Positions 1 through 14,552 of a DNA stretch of 64,000 nucleotides are shown here, piece after piece. The DNA is taken from the NCBI GenBank assembly GCA_010015585.1, contig ML975155.1; one strand, written 5' to 3'. Both the position numbers and the translations under genes were made by a program. The notes under the pieces are model-generated. The model saw only the letters and a program-made list of their open reading frames with translations. It did not search any database and was not told the DNA's origin. The stretch is from Eremomyces bilateralis CBS 781.70. Taxonomy: Eukaryota. Position 1 is the first letter of the stretch. Every line of letters starts with the position of its first letter.

Positions 1-3000
1 ATTTGAATAAACCTCACCGTTAATGGTTCCCCACATGATCTCGACAGCCTCGATTGACAACCGATTGGATGCTCACCGCTAGACACTTGGACCTAAATTA
101 GATCATCTCTAACAGTGGCTGAAAAGCCCTGTGGTTTTGTATACTGGCGTTCTCTTCACTCGTTTGCTCACAAACATGTAGCCACAGTCGGACAACATCA
201 TGGTTGCATTGGGGACGATCCCAGGGTCGCAACTTGACATGCATACGGCCTCCTGCATTTGCGGAACGGATTCACAGTGGCCATCGTCAAACTTCCCTCT
301 AGTCGAGGTCATGATCCGAACGGAAGCCTACATTTCTCAAACCTTCTCGAAAGTCACTGGAAACTCCAGAAGGAGGGAAGAAATACGTTGATAATTGGAT
401 TCGGAAATGCGCGTTTCATAGCTAGCTCTCTACCATACTTTTGGGAAGCCAGTAGCCTCGACCTGGGATTAAGATTACGCTGTCGCTTCATTGCTTATGG
501 GGCTGGTGTTGCGAAAATATAGCTCAGACGCAAAAGAAAACCCAGAGACCGATATCGACTTAGAGAGTCAGGGAATGTGACCTGGAAAGGTGCGTCATTA
601 TGAATAAGCGAGATGTGAGATGTGAGGAAAAATGCCCGAGATCGGCACGAAACGAGGATTTGAGGTGTCTTAGATGATTATGACATGGGCAGCAATTTTG
701 GCATGTTTCAGGAGTTATGTTCATCAGCTCCTTTTCGGTACCGGACCGAAATAGACAATTGACACCACCTAAGACCCGACGATAGTCAGATGAGATCGAG
801 CACGGCTCTAATATCTGAGACAACTCGCGAGTGAAACTTGTCCCAATTAGCAAAGGTTGGGCACCTGATCGATGTTGACCATATGAATGATTGATGATGA
901 AGGAAAAGCTCCATGGTCATGAGCAGTCGTGCTCCAAAAACTTGAGGACGACAGGACTCAGTGATTCCAACGGGCCGCACCGCTGTGGGAAAACTTGTGG
1001 TGGCAGGCTGGGTACTACTCTGATTTCTTGTTTGGGTACTGAGAGGGACATTAGGACAGTTTGAATGAGCCTGGCGGTCAGGTAGATCGGAAGATGCGAT
1101 GCAAGCGGCGGTGTTGCGTTGTACAACCTCAACGGCGACGAATCTGGCTTAGGTGTCAATAGTTGAATCGACGGCCCAAGAGCTAACATTTCTCCGGTCT
1201 GAACCTTCGACTGATATAGTTCCGTCCTGTTCTTGGGAAAAAAACCTGTTCGAATGAGGCCTGGATCCAGACGGCTGGGAGAGTTAAGGGACCCGCGCTA
1301 TTGATCGTCGATGCATGCCTCGCCACTCCTAAGCAAATCGTCTGCACCCTCCTTTTCTTGCGTCGATATGAATCAATTGGGCATGGAAGCTGCAGAAGGG
1401 TTTGCTTCGCTGGATCAACACAAATCTCTCCGTTGCCTGCGAGATGGCTGGGTGCATGTCTGGTGCGAGTGTGGCGTTTCTCGAAGACCCCATAGGAGCG
1501 AAGTCTGGGTTAGCTAACCGGCTTGAATCTCGATGATTATACAGAGCACGAGACCCAACCCAGATACTAGCAATATGAAGACATGTTTCAACAGAAAGGA
1601 AATGAGCCTAGATACCGGGGGTAGTCCTGGTGAGGTGGTGAGGCTCTACACTATCAGCCCCGGTAAATGCTGAAAAGGGCAGCTCACATTGTTTCGCAGT
1701 CTGTTGCTGATAGAACAGGCACTGAAGCAACATTCCCTGCCGTGGAAGAAAACCTGTCCTGCTGACGACGGCAACGGGAAGCCGCATTAGGTCGATTGGA
1801 TTTCTTGCTACAGATGAGAGGACCAAAGCACTGCCGAGCCAGAAATGTGGTCTCATCGGAAACAGTCCCGTTAATTGCAGCTCGCACAGTCCATAAAAGT
1901 ACGGTCTGAATGTTGAGAGCCCAAATTGGCTGCCCAGATACAGTCTCCTCGGGTTGAGTGATTGTTGGATGATAATAGCGTTGAAGAGCGGAGGGGAACC
2001 GAAGATGGACTAGGAGCAGAGTCCCGGAGAAGCCGGTGAAAGTGGCATGCATTAGAATACTGCTATATTAGACATATATTTGCATACCGGTATGCAGATA
2101 GTTTAGACAGTGATGTAGTGTGAAGAATGGCCTGTAGTCGAAGACCGATTTGGGAATTGGGATGGAATGGAATGGATTGAAGGGAGAAAGGAGAAGAAAG
2201 GAGACATAATTCAGGCAGCAAGGGAAGAAGATGAGGCATCAAACATGAATCATGAATCACGACTTTGATCAATGACTGCCCGGTCAGACTCCATGAAAAT
2301 ATTCCAGAATAAGGTAGTTAACAGAATACATCCCATCTCCTTCTTACCACTACCATATTCGTTCCTTGTCATTGTGATGAAATTACCCAGGATAGTCGAA
2401 AATATCAAAATTCCATCTTTCGATCATCATAGTAGGGCACAAAGGAGTCTCAGCTATAGCCACCCCAATCTTCCCGGTTTCTGATCGAAGAGCCCACATG
2501 TTGCTTCCACCTCATCCTGCACGTCACCCTCCTCCAGGGTTCTCCTTCACCATATGGGAGCCAAGGTCAATAATTCTCCGATGCTGATGACATTTCTGGC
2601 CACCCGAGATGCAGCATCGACCACCATGATGACCGATCGCCAAGTGAGTGATGGGGTCACAGAGACTAGGGGAAGGCGGCATTGGGGAGACATCGACGCA
2701 AGGGGATACTTCGTCTTATCGTCTTGTCCACAAAAACGGCCAATGAATGCTCGTCCTAAACCTTGTCTTCTTGACTGACGAACTAGGATATGTGTTCTAG
2801 GTATGAACACTGCTCTTGGTTAACAACTAATCGCTTGATTAAGAGAGGGACGATAATTGTCCAGGAAATGGCTGGCCTGAGCCATCGGCAAGTTCCATCT
2901 ACTACAGCGCGAGAGCTGCAAGTCGGCAAGGTAGCATCTCTTGAGAGAAGCTTGCAGCGGGTCAACCTGATTATCGGGTCCGGACATGCGAGTGCCATAG

Positions 3001-6000
3001 GTCAACCACTCACGGAACTTCGGTCGATCCACACTTGAAATGGCCAAGGAGATGTACACAAGCCCTCGTAAATTCCCATCCTCGTCGATGGACAGAGGCA
3101 TACCAGGGGGCCTCATATGTCTGGGTCTTGGAGTAGAGAGTGGGCCAGTCTTCGGCACGAGACATATGCCTCGAGTGCTAAGTTTGCCGAGTCGGACGTA
3201 ACAATCAAGGGATGTTTGTCCAGCGCGAGCGGCCCGACGAAATGTGCGGTCGAAGCAGTCGTCTCCCACTCACAACGGTTCTCTTGTTCTGCTGCCTTTC
3301 ATTCCTAAGGCCAAACCATTCTCGTTGGTCATATCCATCAAGGATTCCTCTCTCAGGGCCTCATCAAAGTCATCGGAGCGCCTCCTTACAGGTAACGGTC
3401 CGTGGAAAACATCTGGAAGCTTTCCCGCCTCCACTTTCTCTCCTCATGGGTCTTTGGGTGGATCGCCCCACCAATCGGTTCTCCTTCTCGCCCCTAGTCA
3501 GGCGCTCCGTCCAAGTTCTATCACACGCAAGTCATCGTTGAATCCTCGGAATGACCAGGTTGATCCCAGTGCCGGTATGCGGAGATTTGCGATGGATCGC
3601 TGAGAGTCTGAAACTCGTGGTGGATGAGTGGGTCCGCCCATCCGATGGCAAGAGCTTCCATCTATTGTTTTAGGTGGGAGCGTGGAGGCCATGAATGTGG
3701 CCCCGACTTGGACATGTTCATTCTATCACAGCCTGAGGAACTTGAAATGTACCGTACTTGGCGGCTCTCGGGCCGTGATAGGAGGGAGCGTCAGAATCTG
3801 CGGGGACCTTTGTGCTCGCCTTTCTTCATTGACTGTGGCAGCCGTCGACCTGATGCCCTTGGCAGTTGGCGCCCACCTGCTGATACCCACTACTCTGGTG
3901 CAAGCAGAGCCACTGCTTCCCCGCTGCATCATGGGATGAGGGCGCCACCGCATCTTTCCATTCAGCATGCTGGAGATGTTTTAGAAATCAGTGCATCCGA
4001 TTCTGGTCCTAGCTTCAAAGTTGCAGTCTGGATAACCTAGTCAACAACCTTTGAGTTGCGGTGCGGTATGTCTCCCGTCCTGTGTACGTATCGACATGCA
4101 CCGACTGCATGGGCAAAGGGCCACACGGACCATGATTGTCAACCTTTCATCCCCCTTCCCTCCTTTATGCGGGACGCTCGAAGATGAAACGTTGATTTAC
4201 CAGGTGTCTGGCAACCAGTCGTCGCTGACTTGAGCCATGGCATGCATGTGGATGGGGTCCCAGTTTTGAAATCATGCGACTGGGCTGAAGGTTTCCAAAA
4301 GAGTTGGGGGTGTAGGCGAGGCGCGTGTTCCTGCAGGCTAGTGGATGGCGAAATTGACTGGATGCGGGGGAATGGAGGCTATGTGTTTGGGAGCCTGCCA
4401 GTAGACTCAATCTTCTTGAGGGAAGGACGCTCATGGAGGGCAGCGATCACCTGTCCTCACTGTTGACAGATGTTGGAGTGCTGACAGCGGAGCATCACGA
4501 TCAGTCAAGCGCCGTTCTTGGTCAGCGGACGGCCCGTAATGCTGCGGCCGGGGCGAACTTGACTGATTGGCATGGCTTCCCTTTGGATTTCGGGGATCCT
4601 CCCTTCCCTATCATGGCCCAGACGGAGGCATCAGCATGACAGCATTCACTGCAGCGGAATAAGCTGGCAAGAAAGTCCGAGGCTGGAGAACTAGGGAAGG
4701 AATATGAATTCGCAATGCGGGGCCTAGACCTCCACCCGGGCGCCGGTCAGGCGAAGAACTTGCGAGATGGCCGCGAAAGAGTCGAACCGTGCGTCTGAAT
4801 CGGGCAATCCGCAAGAAGGTCTCTCCCTGGCTTCGTGAGACGAGTCGACATTGATCTGAGGCCGGTTCGGGAATGGCGCAGCTGCAGCTGTCCAATGTGA
4901 CGGAGGGGTTCTCTACAACTTTTGACGAGTTAGTGAGAACGGGGACCGTCTAGTTTTTCGATAGGCGCCCTCTCTCTTGTTCTTGCCTATTCTTGCTTCG
5001 ATCTGAGAACACACGGCGCCCTCCAGACCAAGTGGACGGGAGACTGAAGTGTCGGTGCTGAAGACTGTTTATACGATACCTGAGCGTTGCTTCCATCCTG
5101 CCGCTATTGCCGTGACTTTGACCTGATCCAAACGCTTCATACCACGGCTCTTTTTCATGTAAGCCTATCACGCATCCAACTCCTCGCTGATCTGACTGGT
5201 CCAGCGATCCGAAGCAGCTTGGTCCGGGACATATCCAACTAGCCCACATTATAACGGACTGTAATTTGGAGTACCCTTTTTCACTAGTCTCTTACCTCAC
5301 TAATCCTGCCCTATAAACTCTGTCACTTTCTTGGTTGCTTCGCTGGCTGCATGGCAAACGCCATTCCCCACACCTTCAACATATCAATTCCGCCTCTGAG
5401 CCATTATCATCATCATAACCCATATCGGCGAGCATCCCCAGGGAACGACGAACTGCTTCTCTGCTCTTCTTTTGATAAAGTGCTGCTGAATGGCACATCA
5501 GTGATCAAGGGTATTCGTTTCTGGAAACTCAACGGTCACGCCGACTCGGGGATCCGCAGCACCGCTCTGTGTTGCATTTGACCTGGTCATTGTCAAGCCT
5601 CCGTCCCTTTTTACATCGACTCTTCATATATACCTATCCTCTTCACACAGTGGTTCAACACACATCCCATCCTGACCCCTTATACCGTTCCCCTCTTGTC
5701 GTTTCTCCGTCCCTGTTTCATCTTGTCATCAGTTGCCTCAGTGGAATTCTTCGACATTCTTCTCCTTCTCTTCCCCTCTCACGATCAAGAGGCTACAACA
5801 GGCATATTCCTCGTTGAATACTTTTGCCTCGGAGCGGCGAGCCGGCTAGACCACGGCGCCACTCGGCTGTTGTAGACGCGATCACGTTTTGGGTGTTGAA
5901 CCTGGACCGTTTAGTCCAACGACGTTGGCGGTGCATATCTGGCGTCGTCAATCTGAGTTCACTGGTCGAGATTTGTTGTTGCGAAAGCAGTGGTGAGTGC

Positions 6001-6977
6001 TTCAGTCTTGGGCGAGAAGGATTGACTGGTCACATTTTACTGACAGAAGCTCGGTTGGGCCAGCAGCAAGGCTTCAGCACGTCAGAACCAACCTTAAAGA
6101 GTGGCAAGTTGGCACTGTCTATTGAAATTCGATAGTTGCAAGTTATCTGGACTTGCACATCCAAGAAAAGCAGAAATATCAAGAGCAAGGAATTCCATAT
6201 CGCCCACTAGCTCCCCAACACGCCGCGACTCGACGTTGAAATACCCTCAGGCCGTCCACTCACTCGGCCTCATCACGGGCCGAACCCGTATCAAATTGCG
6301 AATCCCTCTCCCCACCACCGACCAACGCGAGGGACTGACGGAGTCCTTTGGCCCGTCTCATCCCCGTGCAGTGCAGGCAGATCCTCCCTCCACTACGAGT
6401 CCACGCCTCGATTACGGCTCACGCCACTCGCCATTGGTCGATTCGCGCCACCATCAGTGCAAAGCAACGCATCACTAACTAAGCGAGCCACATTCCATCG
6501 CGCATCCCGACACAGCGGTACTCCCTGCGCCTAACAACTTTGACACGCAGCACATCCTGGCGAACGGCAGATATTCAGACCAACGAGAGGTGTTGAGGCG
6601 CCACTATAGCCTGTCGCCGCTGTGCTGTGCCGCAAATCAGGCATCGCACAAGATCTGTTGCCGTTAGCGAGCAGCACGGAGACCCGGACGATCAGTGACA
6701 GATCGAGTCAAGTTGACGTGAGGGGTGGTGGCTTGATTGGTCAATTTCGGGCAGAGAGAGTCGTCAAGTACTCGACTCCGTGAATTGGGAAAGCGCAGAA
6801 CATCGCGGCTCCCCGTGCAATCCGACCGATTGCCTCATTTGGAATTGGAGAACATTTGGAATCCCGTGACGGCGTCTCGAAATATCGTCGAATATTTCCT
6901 CGAAAGAATCCCAAGACGTGGTGGAATTCCCGATACTTCACGCAATTGAATGTGATAGAAGTGCAGTGGTGTACAAG

Positions 6978-9900
6978 ATGATGGATCAAGCAGCAAGTAA
7001 GTGGTCCCGCTATTTTCTCTTCCCCGTACTCTCTCACCAACCACAACCCTTGCAATCTGCCGCTCCCGATACCTTGCTGCAAGTGATTCCCCTCCACTAC
7101 CACACGACACACCACACCATCATCTCCAAATCTCCATCCAGCATTTCCTTGTCAATGTCCTACCATGTTGCGTGTTTAGTGAATTCGGATTGAAGTGACA
7201 GCTGGTTCTTTGGAATATGCGCCTTCATTCTAGTTTCTTTGGCTTTTGATGTGTCGGTCATTGTCTTTTGTTATGTGTTGTCTTTTTCGAGTTTAAACAT
7301 GCTCCAGGTTGCGCTCGATACTTTGGTGGTAGTGGCAAGGTTCAGCCCAGTGGCCATATATGGATATGGACCATTGGTGCTTGCATCCTCCCCCGCCGCA
7401 TCTTAGGATTCTTGTGTAACCGTAGTTTCCCGCCCATTTCAGCCCTTCGATTCGCTTCATCACTATGCCGGGGGGCGCCTTGACCGGTTCATAAAGATAG
7501 TTTTAAAGTACGAAACTGTTGACTATGGCTAATCCCCCTCTCCAGCACTCATCCACACCAGTGCGATGCCACTGGGCGCAGAGTATCCCATCCCTTCCGA
7601 CCAAGATTGCATGGAGATTACAAGCCATGCACATCAGACATTTGCTGGCGCAGGAGAGGTCTCTGATTCGCATATCCGCCGCGATGGGATGAGGCCGGTG
7701 TCGACCGGAACTGGTGCTCGATTCATGCATAACCATCGACCAACTGGTCATGATAGCCAGTGAGTATTAATTCCGTTTTCTTTGCCATTGGATGCCTAGC
7801 CCGGTGGTTTCGACCGTCGAAACGAATCCGCCAAGGAAATTGACGCGCCCCGGACCACCATACGTATTTCTCAGTCATTTGTCCGCTTGAGGCCTTCAAG
7901 GCAGAAGCTCGTCGGTGAGCGATCTGGCAAACAACACGTTGCTCATCCTCATCGGTGAAAGGGTCGCACAGAACCGAAGGACCGGTTCGTCACGAACTAC
8001 CATCCAGACGGAGCCTGCAGTGTTGATCACACGACTTGGTCTGACTCCAACTATGCAGCACACCATCGAGACTGTACGACACCGGGCCTCCTGTTGCACT
8101 CACACGCAGATGGTTCCTTTTGAAATGTCCGAAAGCCTGGATGGCTCGAAGAAATAGTGCTCGTTTCAAATCTTGAGGTCCTCGATGGCTAACCCAATTA
8201 AATCCGTCCAGGTATTCATCTGGGAGTGTGAGTATTTCCGACTCAGGCTCGGCCTCAATCTCGACATCTCCTAGTTCAGCCTCGTCCTCAACCGCATATC
8301 CCCCCTTCCAACCCGCGTTTCAACCACCTAGCTCACTATATCCGGGTGCTTCTCAGGTGATTCCAAACTCTTTAGCATACACTCATCCCGTGAATGGTGT
8401 GGCGCATATCAGATCAACCGTCCCTCCTCTGTAAGTAAAGTATTCTTCGACCATAGTTCACAATTTCCGTTAGCATGCCTCAGTCAGATGCTCAGCCATG
8501 ACCCATGGACTTGCGGGAATGCACGATGGCCCGTCCCGCTGCCGTGATACTGACTGGGTACAGATCTTCTGGAATTGCGAACTCCGCCATCGCCTCTACT
8601 CACGCTTCCAGCCTTCGCGATCAGTATCCCACGACCACACCCGGGCTCCCCAGATACGGCTTCTCTCCTCGAAGCCACGCCGAACCACTTCGAGGTCCAT
8701 TCGGGATCCCTGATCCTCCTCGAAGCGTGCTCGGGGTGACCTCGCTGGCTCTGTCATCTCCAACTGGTGTCACGTACGCACCACAGTACCAACTCCAGGG
8801 ACCTGGAACGCAAATGGCTGCCGAAGGTCATACTCATGCCACTCTACCTTTTGAACCCATTGTCAAGCTCCACACGATCACGGGGGACAATGGATCCATT
8901 GAGCCTCAGATTGAGGCGAAGATGGAAAAAGGGTTCTTCTACTCCTCAGATAAGTGCTGGACATGCTACCGCCGAAACTACTTTTCGGTTCAGTGCTCCT
9001 TCTCGTTCCACCCACACACTCCCCATGGCAGTTTATTTCTGAGTCGTGAGGGGAAGTCGCCGCAACGTATCCAGGCGACGGCGATGTCTCTGTCTGCTAC
9101 AGCCGATGGCACTGATGGCAAGAAAATCGAACTCGTGCAACACACTCCGAAGCGAGACAAAGGTCCGCAAAACCCAGTGGGAAAGATCAAGGTGGCTCCT
9201 ACTCCGCCTGGCCGACAGCACGCGCACGAGCATTACCACATGCCTCCTCACCATTACGCGAGTACGCAGATGGCACCTTTTAGTCTGCCGTTCCAAAGTG
9301 CGGCAAGTCCTACATCGCACCAACATGCACAGGCCAGCCAGCCAGCACATTCATATGTGCCGGGCACAGCAGCTCATAGCCTCCAACCGTCCACTCTTCC
9401 GCCTTCTACTCGCAGCGATCCTCCCTGCCAGCACACCTTTGAGCGAATCCAGTTCAAGAGCGCCACGGCAAACAATGGCAAACGCCGTGCACAGCAACAA
9501 TATTACCATCTGATTGTTGAGCTGTATGTGGACGTGCGGAATTCCCACGATTCGGAGCCAACATGGGTCAAAGTGGCGCAAAGGGCTTCTGCATCGGTCG
9601 TTGTTCGTGGCCGGAGCCCGTCGCACTATCAAAATGAAGGTCCGCAATCCCAAGGCTCCGGACGTGGCGGTGCTCCAGGCATGGGAGGAGGTTTAGGTGG
9701 GCATCATCACCATGGTTCTATGAACGGCTTGCAAGGTCGGTCAATGGGTGGTATGGATTTCACGTCCCGATCTTCCAATATGATGGGTGGCTACAAAGGG
9801 ACGCAATACTATGTGGACACGAGCCCTGGTGGAAGCCACACCGCCAGCTCTGCATCATCAATTAGCGGCGTCACCATGGATGGACTCGTGGAGCAGACTC

Positions 9901-10232
9901 ATGCACACCACCCTCACCACTCTGCCGCTGCGATGCTTGCAGAGGACGAGGAGATGAAGGGAAAGATTGACCAGGGGGAACGGTATCTATACTTCCCCAG
10001 CACGTTGTACGAAACGGGGCTGCCAAGCGTGCAGAAGTACGAATATGACGGCGCGAATGGTGGGGCTACGTCGGGTCCGCCGAAAGAAGAGGCAGACCAT
10101 GCGATGCCGACCGCACACTCTCATGCGGTTGCGTCTGGAGGATCGGCATGGTCGATGCGCTCCGGCGGCAAGTTTCAGCCGACCGAGACCAGTCGTGGGT
10201 ACTATCCGGACCTGAACGCGACCGGCTATTAG
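6978..10232 (+). CDS. NDT80/PhoG-family DNA-binding transcription factor, 4 exons (6978-6996, 7546-7759, 8212-8430, 8564-10232)
   Basis: The 575-aa ORF carries NDT80 motifs (KGFF..WTCYRRNYFSV, LVQHTPKRDKGPQ, FERIQFKSATANNGKRRAQQQYYHL, VVVRGRSPSHY). Upstream exons join in frame via GTAAGT/GTGAGT donors and GCTAAT/GCTAAC/CTGAC-YAG acceptors. The 5' exons are less certain than the domain. Confidence 0.9.
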
Positions 10233-11579
10233 TCCCGAGATGAATACGGAGCGATGTTGAGAAGCTTGGTCCGACGAATCCTCCAGATCCCGACATCAAC
10301 ACGACTTCCGAGACATATGCTCGCTCACGTTCCTCAACGTCTAAAAAAGCAGAGCTTGTGAATGGACGAATCCGTCCTGGATTTCCTTTTCCTGGGGTCC
10401 TATGTTTCTGCCCTTTCATACCCTGTCTTAGTATCTTACTCCCCCACGAAAAGTTGTGCGTATCCGACATCTGCAATGCTTTCCCATTCCCTTACGCTTA
10501 CTGTCTCCTTCTGTTGCAGGGCAACAGATTGAGACTCTTCTGATATTATGACTAGCGTAATTTCTTGCGGATCTACCCCATCTTTCCTTGCACACACGGG
10601 CGTTCAATTGCTGTCATTTCAAAATTTCGGTCTCCCCTTCCCATGTACCAACATCACGAAAACTTTATCTCATGATGTACCGGTACGTCCCCATTGCTAC
10701 TAGGCAGTGTAAAACGGGAACATCCACCTAATAACGATGGATGACCTGACGATCGCATGACAGCACCTCTCCCCTCGTCATGCCTTTCCGTCCCCTCCTT
10801 AATTTTATTCTTTTCTTCCTCTGTCATCTCCCTAATTGCACGCATTGGAGCCAAGTGGATCTGGCTCACGGGTGTTTGGGTTAGATGGTCGATTCGGGTT
10901 CAAGATATGCGGGGTGGAGTATCGGAACTCAGGCAGCCGCATGGGAGACGAGTTTGGTGGGTTTACGCAGGATTTTCGGTATTTCATTGGCACTATACTA
11001 CGGGCATAAGGGACGGTTCAGAAGGCACGGCGATGGAGGTAAGGACAGGGATGGAAACGGTTCAGAATGATCGCACCGCTTCAAGTCACTGAGAGCACTG
11101 AGTCGCTTTTCCAGAAGCGCAGGATGGGCAACGCACTATGACATGGGCTCCGATGACCACTGTGCGGGAAAGCGAGATAGTCCCATAGCCGATAGGTAGA
11201 GAGGACACGGTCGACGCTGCCATGCTGGAGATGATGGGGGAAAATTTCTTGGCGGCTTCAGTGTTCACTCTTCTGAATTTGAGGCGGCCCCGTTTGATTA
11301 AACTTTTATTGGTCTTATTTCAACGTGTGAACGTGACCTAGCAACTTGATGTCGTATGAAAGTATTCCCTCAACTCATCCAGGAGCGAACGTTGGGCAGC
11401 GAAATTCTTGTACGCTTTCGATTGAACTTCATCGTAGATTATTACGTATTAGGAATTGAGACCCGAGTGTCCTAAGGTGGCAAGGATTGAGTCGTAAAGG
11501 GCATCTTATAAAACGGATACGACATTCAGGATATACATCTGTTTTCTTGGATATGCGGATTTATTGCTTCCATCCCTTA

Positions 11580-12524
11580 TTACATCTGATTTGCAATCCA
11601 TTCCCACCATCCCGTTACATCCCCAGTAGACGCGCTTCCTCCGACGACATCAACCTTCACATCGCTCTCCCTCATCATCTCGAACTCAAACGCCCCATCA
11701 CCCCCCTCACCCAACCACTCTTCCTCCCTCTCGTCATCCCTTTCCTCCTCCGTCGACCCCACAGTCAACACCCCCTTCCGCCTCGACTGTCGTATCCGCT
11801 CGATTTCGCTCTCCAGCCCCTTCCGGATCATGTCCGCTGGCAGCGCGGTGAAGAGGTCCGCTTTGTTGGCGGCGATCAAAACCGGGGTGGCGGGCGGATG
11901 GCGGGAGGTTTTCGCGCGGGTGTGGCGTTTCTGGAGGAGGAGGAGCACGTCATGGAGATACTCGGCGGTTTGTTCGAGGGCCGAGGTCCCAGGGTTGACG
12001 GCCGTGGAGTCGATCACGAAGACGATGCCGTCGAACTTGGGGGTTGCCTTTTTGGCGTTGGGTTGGATGGGTTTCAGGGATTCCAGGGCAACGTGGCGGA
12101 GTTTGGCATGGCCAGGGGTGTCGGTTACGAAGACGTTCTTGGGAGACTTGAGGGCGGGGTCGTGGACGGAGCGGTATTGGTCGGATTTCGGGGTGGTGGA
12201 GGATGGGAGAGACACCCTGGATGTGGTTGTGCTTTGGGAGGTATGGGTTTGGCGGAAGGCGCTCGTTTCAAACTACAGAATATTAGCAACATAAGGCACT
12301 TGGGCGGATAGGCGGTATCGTACATGTGCAAGAAGCGTTGTCTTTCCGGAACCACTGGGCCCAAGGAGGAGAAAGCTTGGAAGCGTGTGTGAAGGCGCGG
12401 AGTGGTAGAGCAAGACATGCAAGATAATGGGAACAAAAAGGACGATGAGAGCGGTAATGATTATAGTAGAAGCATGCGGGGACCAGGCCCTCGTTAGCCA
12501 GCCATCTGGATCGGACCAAGCCAT
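11580..12524 (-). CDS. SRP102: Signal recognition particle receptor beta subunit (exons 12524-12324, 12272-11580)
   Basis: N-terminal TM helix, P-loop GPSGSGKT, DTPGHAKLR, IAANKADL. One in-frame GT..AG intron. Confidence 0.92.
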
Positions 12525-12839
12525 CTTGACTGTAGACGATAGTTTATGTTTTATCTTGTTGTGCCTTGTGGTCGACAAGTTGGAAGCGTTGAAGTTGAAA
12601 TCTGTAGTGCATCGAGTCAGCTCGAGACGGACGGAGTAAGAGGTCTGACTCGTGCAGCTCCGCTATGGGTATCGCATCATGGGCTGATATTGGGATGCTC
12701 TGATGCTCACCTGGTCAATCATTCCTCCCTCAACAACATTGACGCTCGGTCCTACAGTGATTGAACCCGAAACCATTTCCGAAGATCGGGAATCGCCATA
12801 TATTTATTTAAGCAAGAGAAGGACTTCGTTGGCCCGAAC

Positions 12840-13363
12840 ATGGAAGCAGCATTGAAGACCTTCTTCTCCTCGGCACGGTTCGCTGTCGCAGGAGCTAGCT
12901 CTGACACCTCTAAATATGGGCACAAAGGTTCGTCACGTTGGATAGGTATCGCTGCCGGTCTGATTGGGTATATATAGTCTTCGTGTGGTATCTGACTCAC
13001 TCTCTCCCCGCTACGCCCTTGAATCCTCGGGCGCCTAGTATTACCGTAGGGGCGAAATCCTACGACACCGTTGCCTCACCCTCTGCGCTTGTTGACGCTC
13101 AAAACACATCTTTGTCTATCATCACTCCTCCGGCGGTGACGATGGCGCTGTTGAAGGAGGCCAAGGAGGCGGGCGTCCCCGCCGTCTGGCTCCAGCCAGG
13201 GAGCTTCGACGCGGAAATCATCGAGTACGCTCGAAAGGAGTTCAAAGCTGCGATTGCGGGTATGGACGGAGGGACTTGGGGTGATGAGGGCTGGTGTGTG
13301 CTGGTTGATGGCGAAAGAGGGTTGAAGACGGCCCACCGACATTGGGAGCGGGCGAACATCTAG
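12840..13363 (+). CDS. CoA-binding domain protein, YccU-like (exons 12840-12927, 12978-13363)
   Basis: The spliced product reads MEAALKTFFSSARFAVAGASSDTSKYGHKVFVWY...SLSIITPP..VWLQPGS..CVLVDG, typical of CoA_binding_2 proteins. Confidence 0.88.
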
Positions 13364-14552
13364 GCGAGATAGATGAGTGTCTGAGGGCGGAGGATTCTGG
13401 CGACAGAGTTCCTCTAAGCCCTAGTTCAGGAAGATGTATCAGGATTCATTAACCTGACGTTCTACGTTATGTAATATTCGGGTTACATCCCACATATACG
13501 ACCTTTCGTGGGTTTCCAAACTTGTTTTCGAGGACAACGAGAGACTACCTGCATCGAAAAGTCACCTCTAGGAGTGGAGGGAACACTGCTTCTGAGACTG
13601 AGACCTTCCCAGCCCGCCAGTAAGTCACAATCATGGACGATAAGATGAGGAAAGCCTCTTTCATAGACCCTAAGCCTAGAATGAATCAATGAATATAATG
13701 CTCACCTCGCCAAAAGAGGACTCCGAAATCCCGAATGTTCACGATGACTTATTATAGCATTCGGCGTTTGACATCGGCAATGCACTTGCGGAGGCTCCCG
13801 CCGTCCCTACTGGCTGTTTACCGGCTGTGGCTACCGCTATTAGCGTAAGGTACTCCGTATTCCGTACGATAGACTCTCATGATTTCCGACTCGTAATCCT
13901 AAAATCTACTTCCGTATTGTTCTCTTCCTCTCGTCAAACCATCTATTACGGAATTTCTCCTGGGCAGAACCATCATACCCTGCTAGTTTATGTAAAGATT
14001 TAATTAAGTAAGCACCCTAACCAGCCGCTTCTGCATCAAGGGAAACGCTGCAAAGTTGGCGGCGACAACCTCCCAAGTCCCAACCCCCCCAGGCTTGAAG
14101 GGTTGGCCCTTGGATCGCAGATGCGTATTGTCGAGCTATCAATCGTCATTCGTTCGTCCACTCGTCCTTTATTCCGAGGATATGCAGTTTAAGTCAATTA
14201 GTAAGACAAGCTTAGTCCCCACTCCCCAGAGCTCATCGCAACTGTGCCAAATTCCACAGCCTCAGATGGACATTGCCTGACACTGTCATCGATTTTAAAC
14301 TGGTGTGCGGTTGATGTCTCAAAACCTTTGATCTTGTCCCGACGGCATGGTTCGGTGACATCTTTTGAATGGAATTGAGGATCGATTGGGCAGTATCCTT
14401 CTCGTTTCCCCGCCGGCCTTAAGGAAGACCGTGCAAACATCCGGTGCACTATAAGTGCCTGTACCCGAGTTTTGATTCGCGTCTAGCCATCATGAAGTCC
14501 TTCGTTGTCTCCTTTTCTTTCCTGTCATTGCGGTCTTTAGATCGTTGTCATC

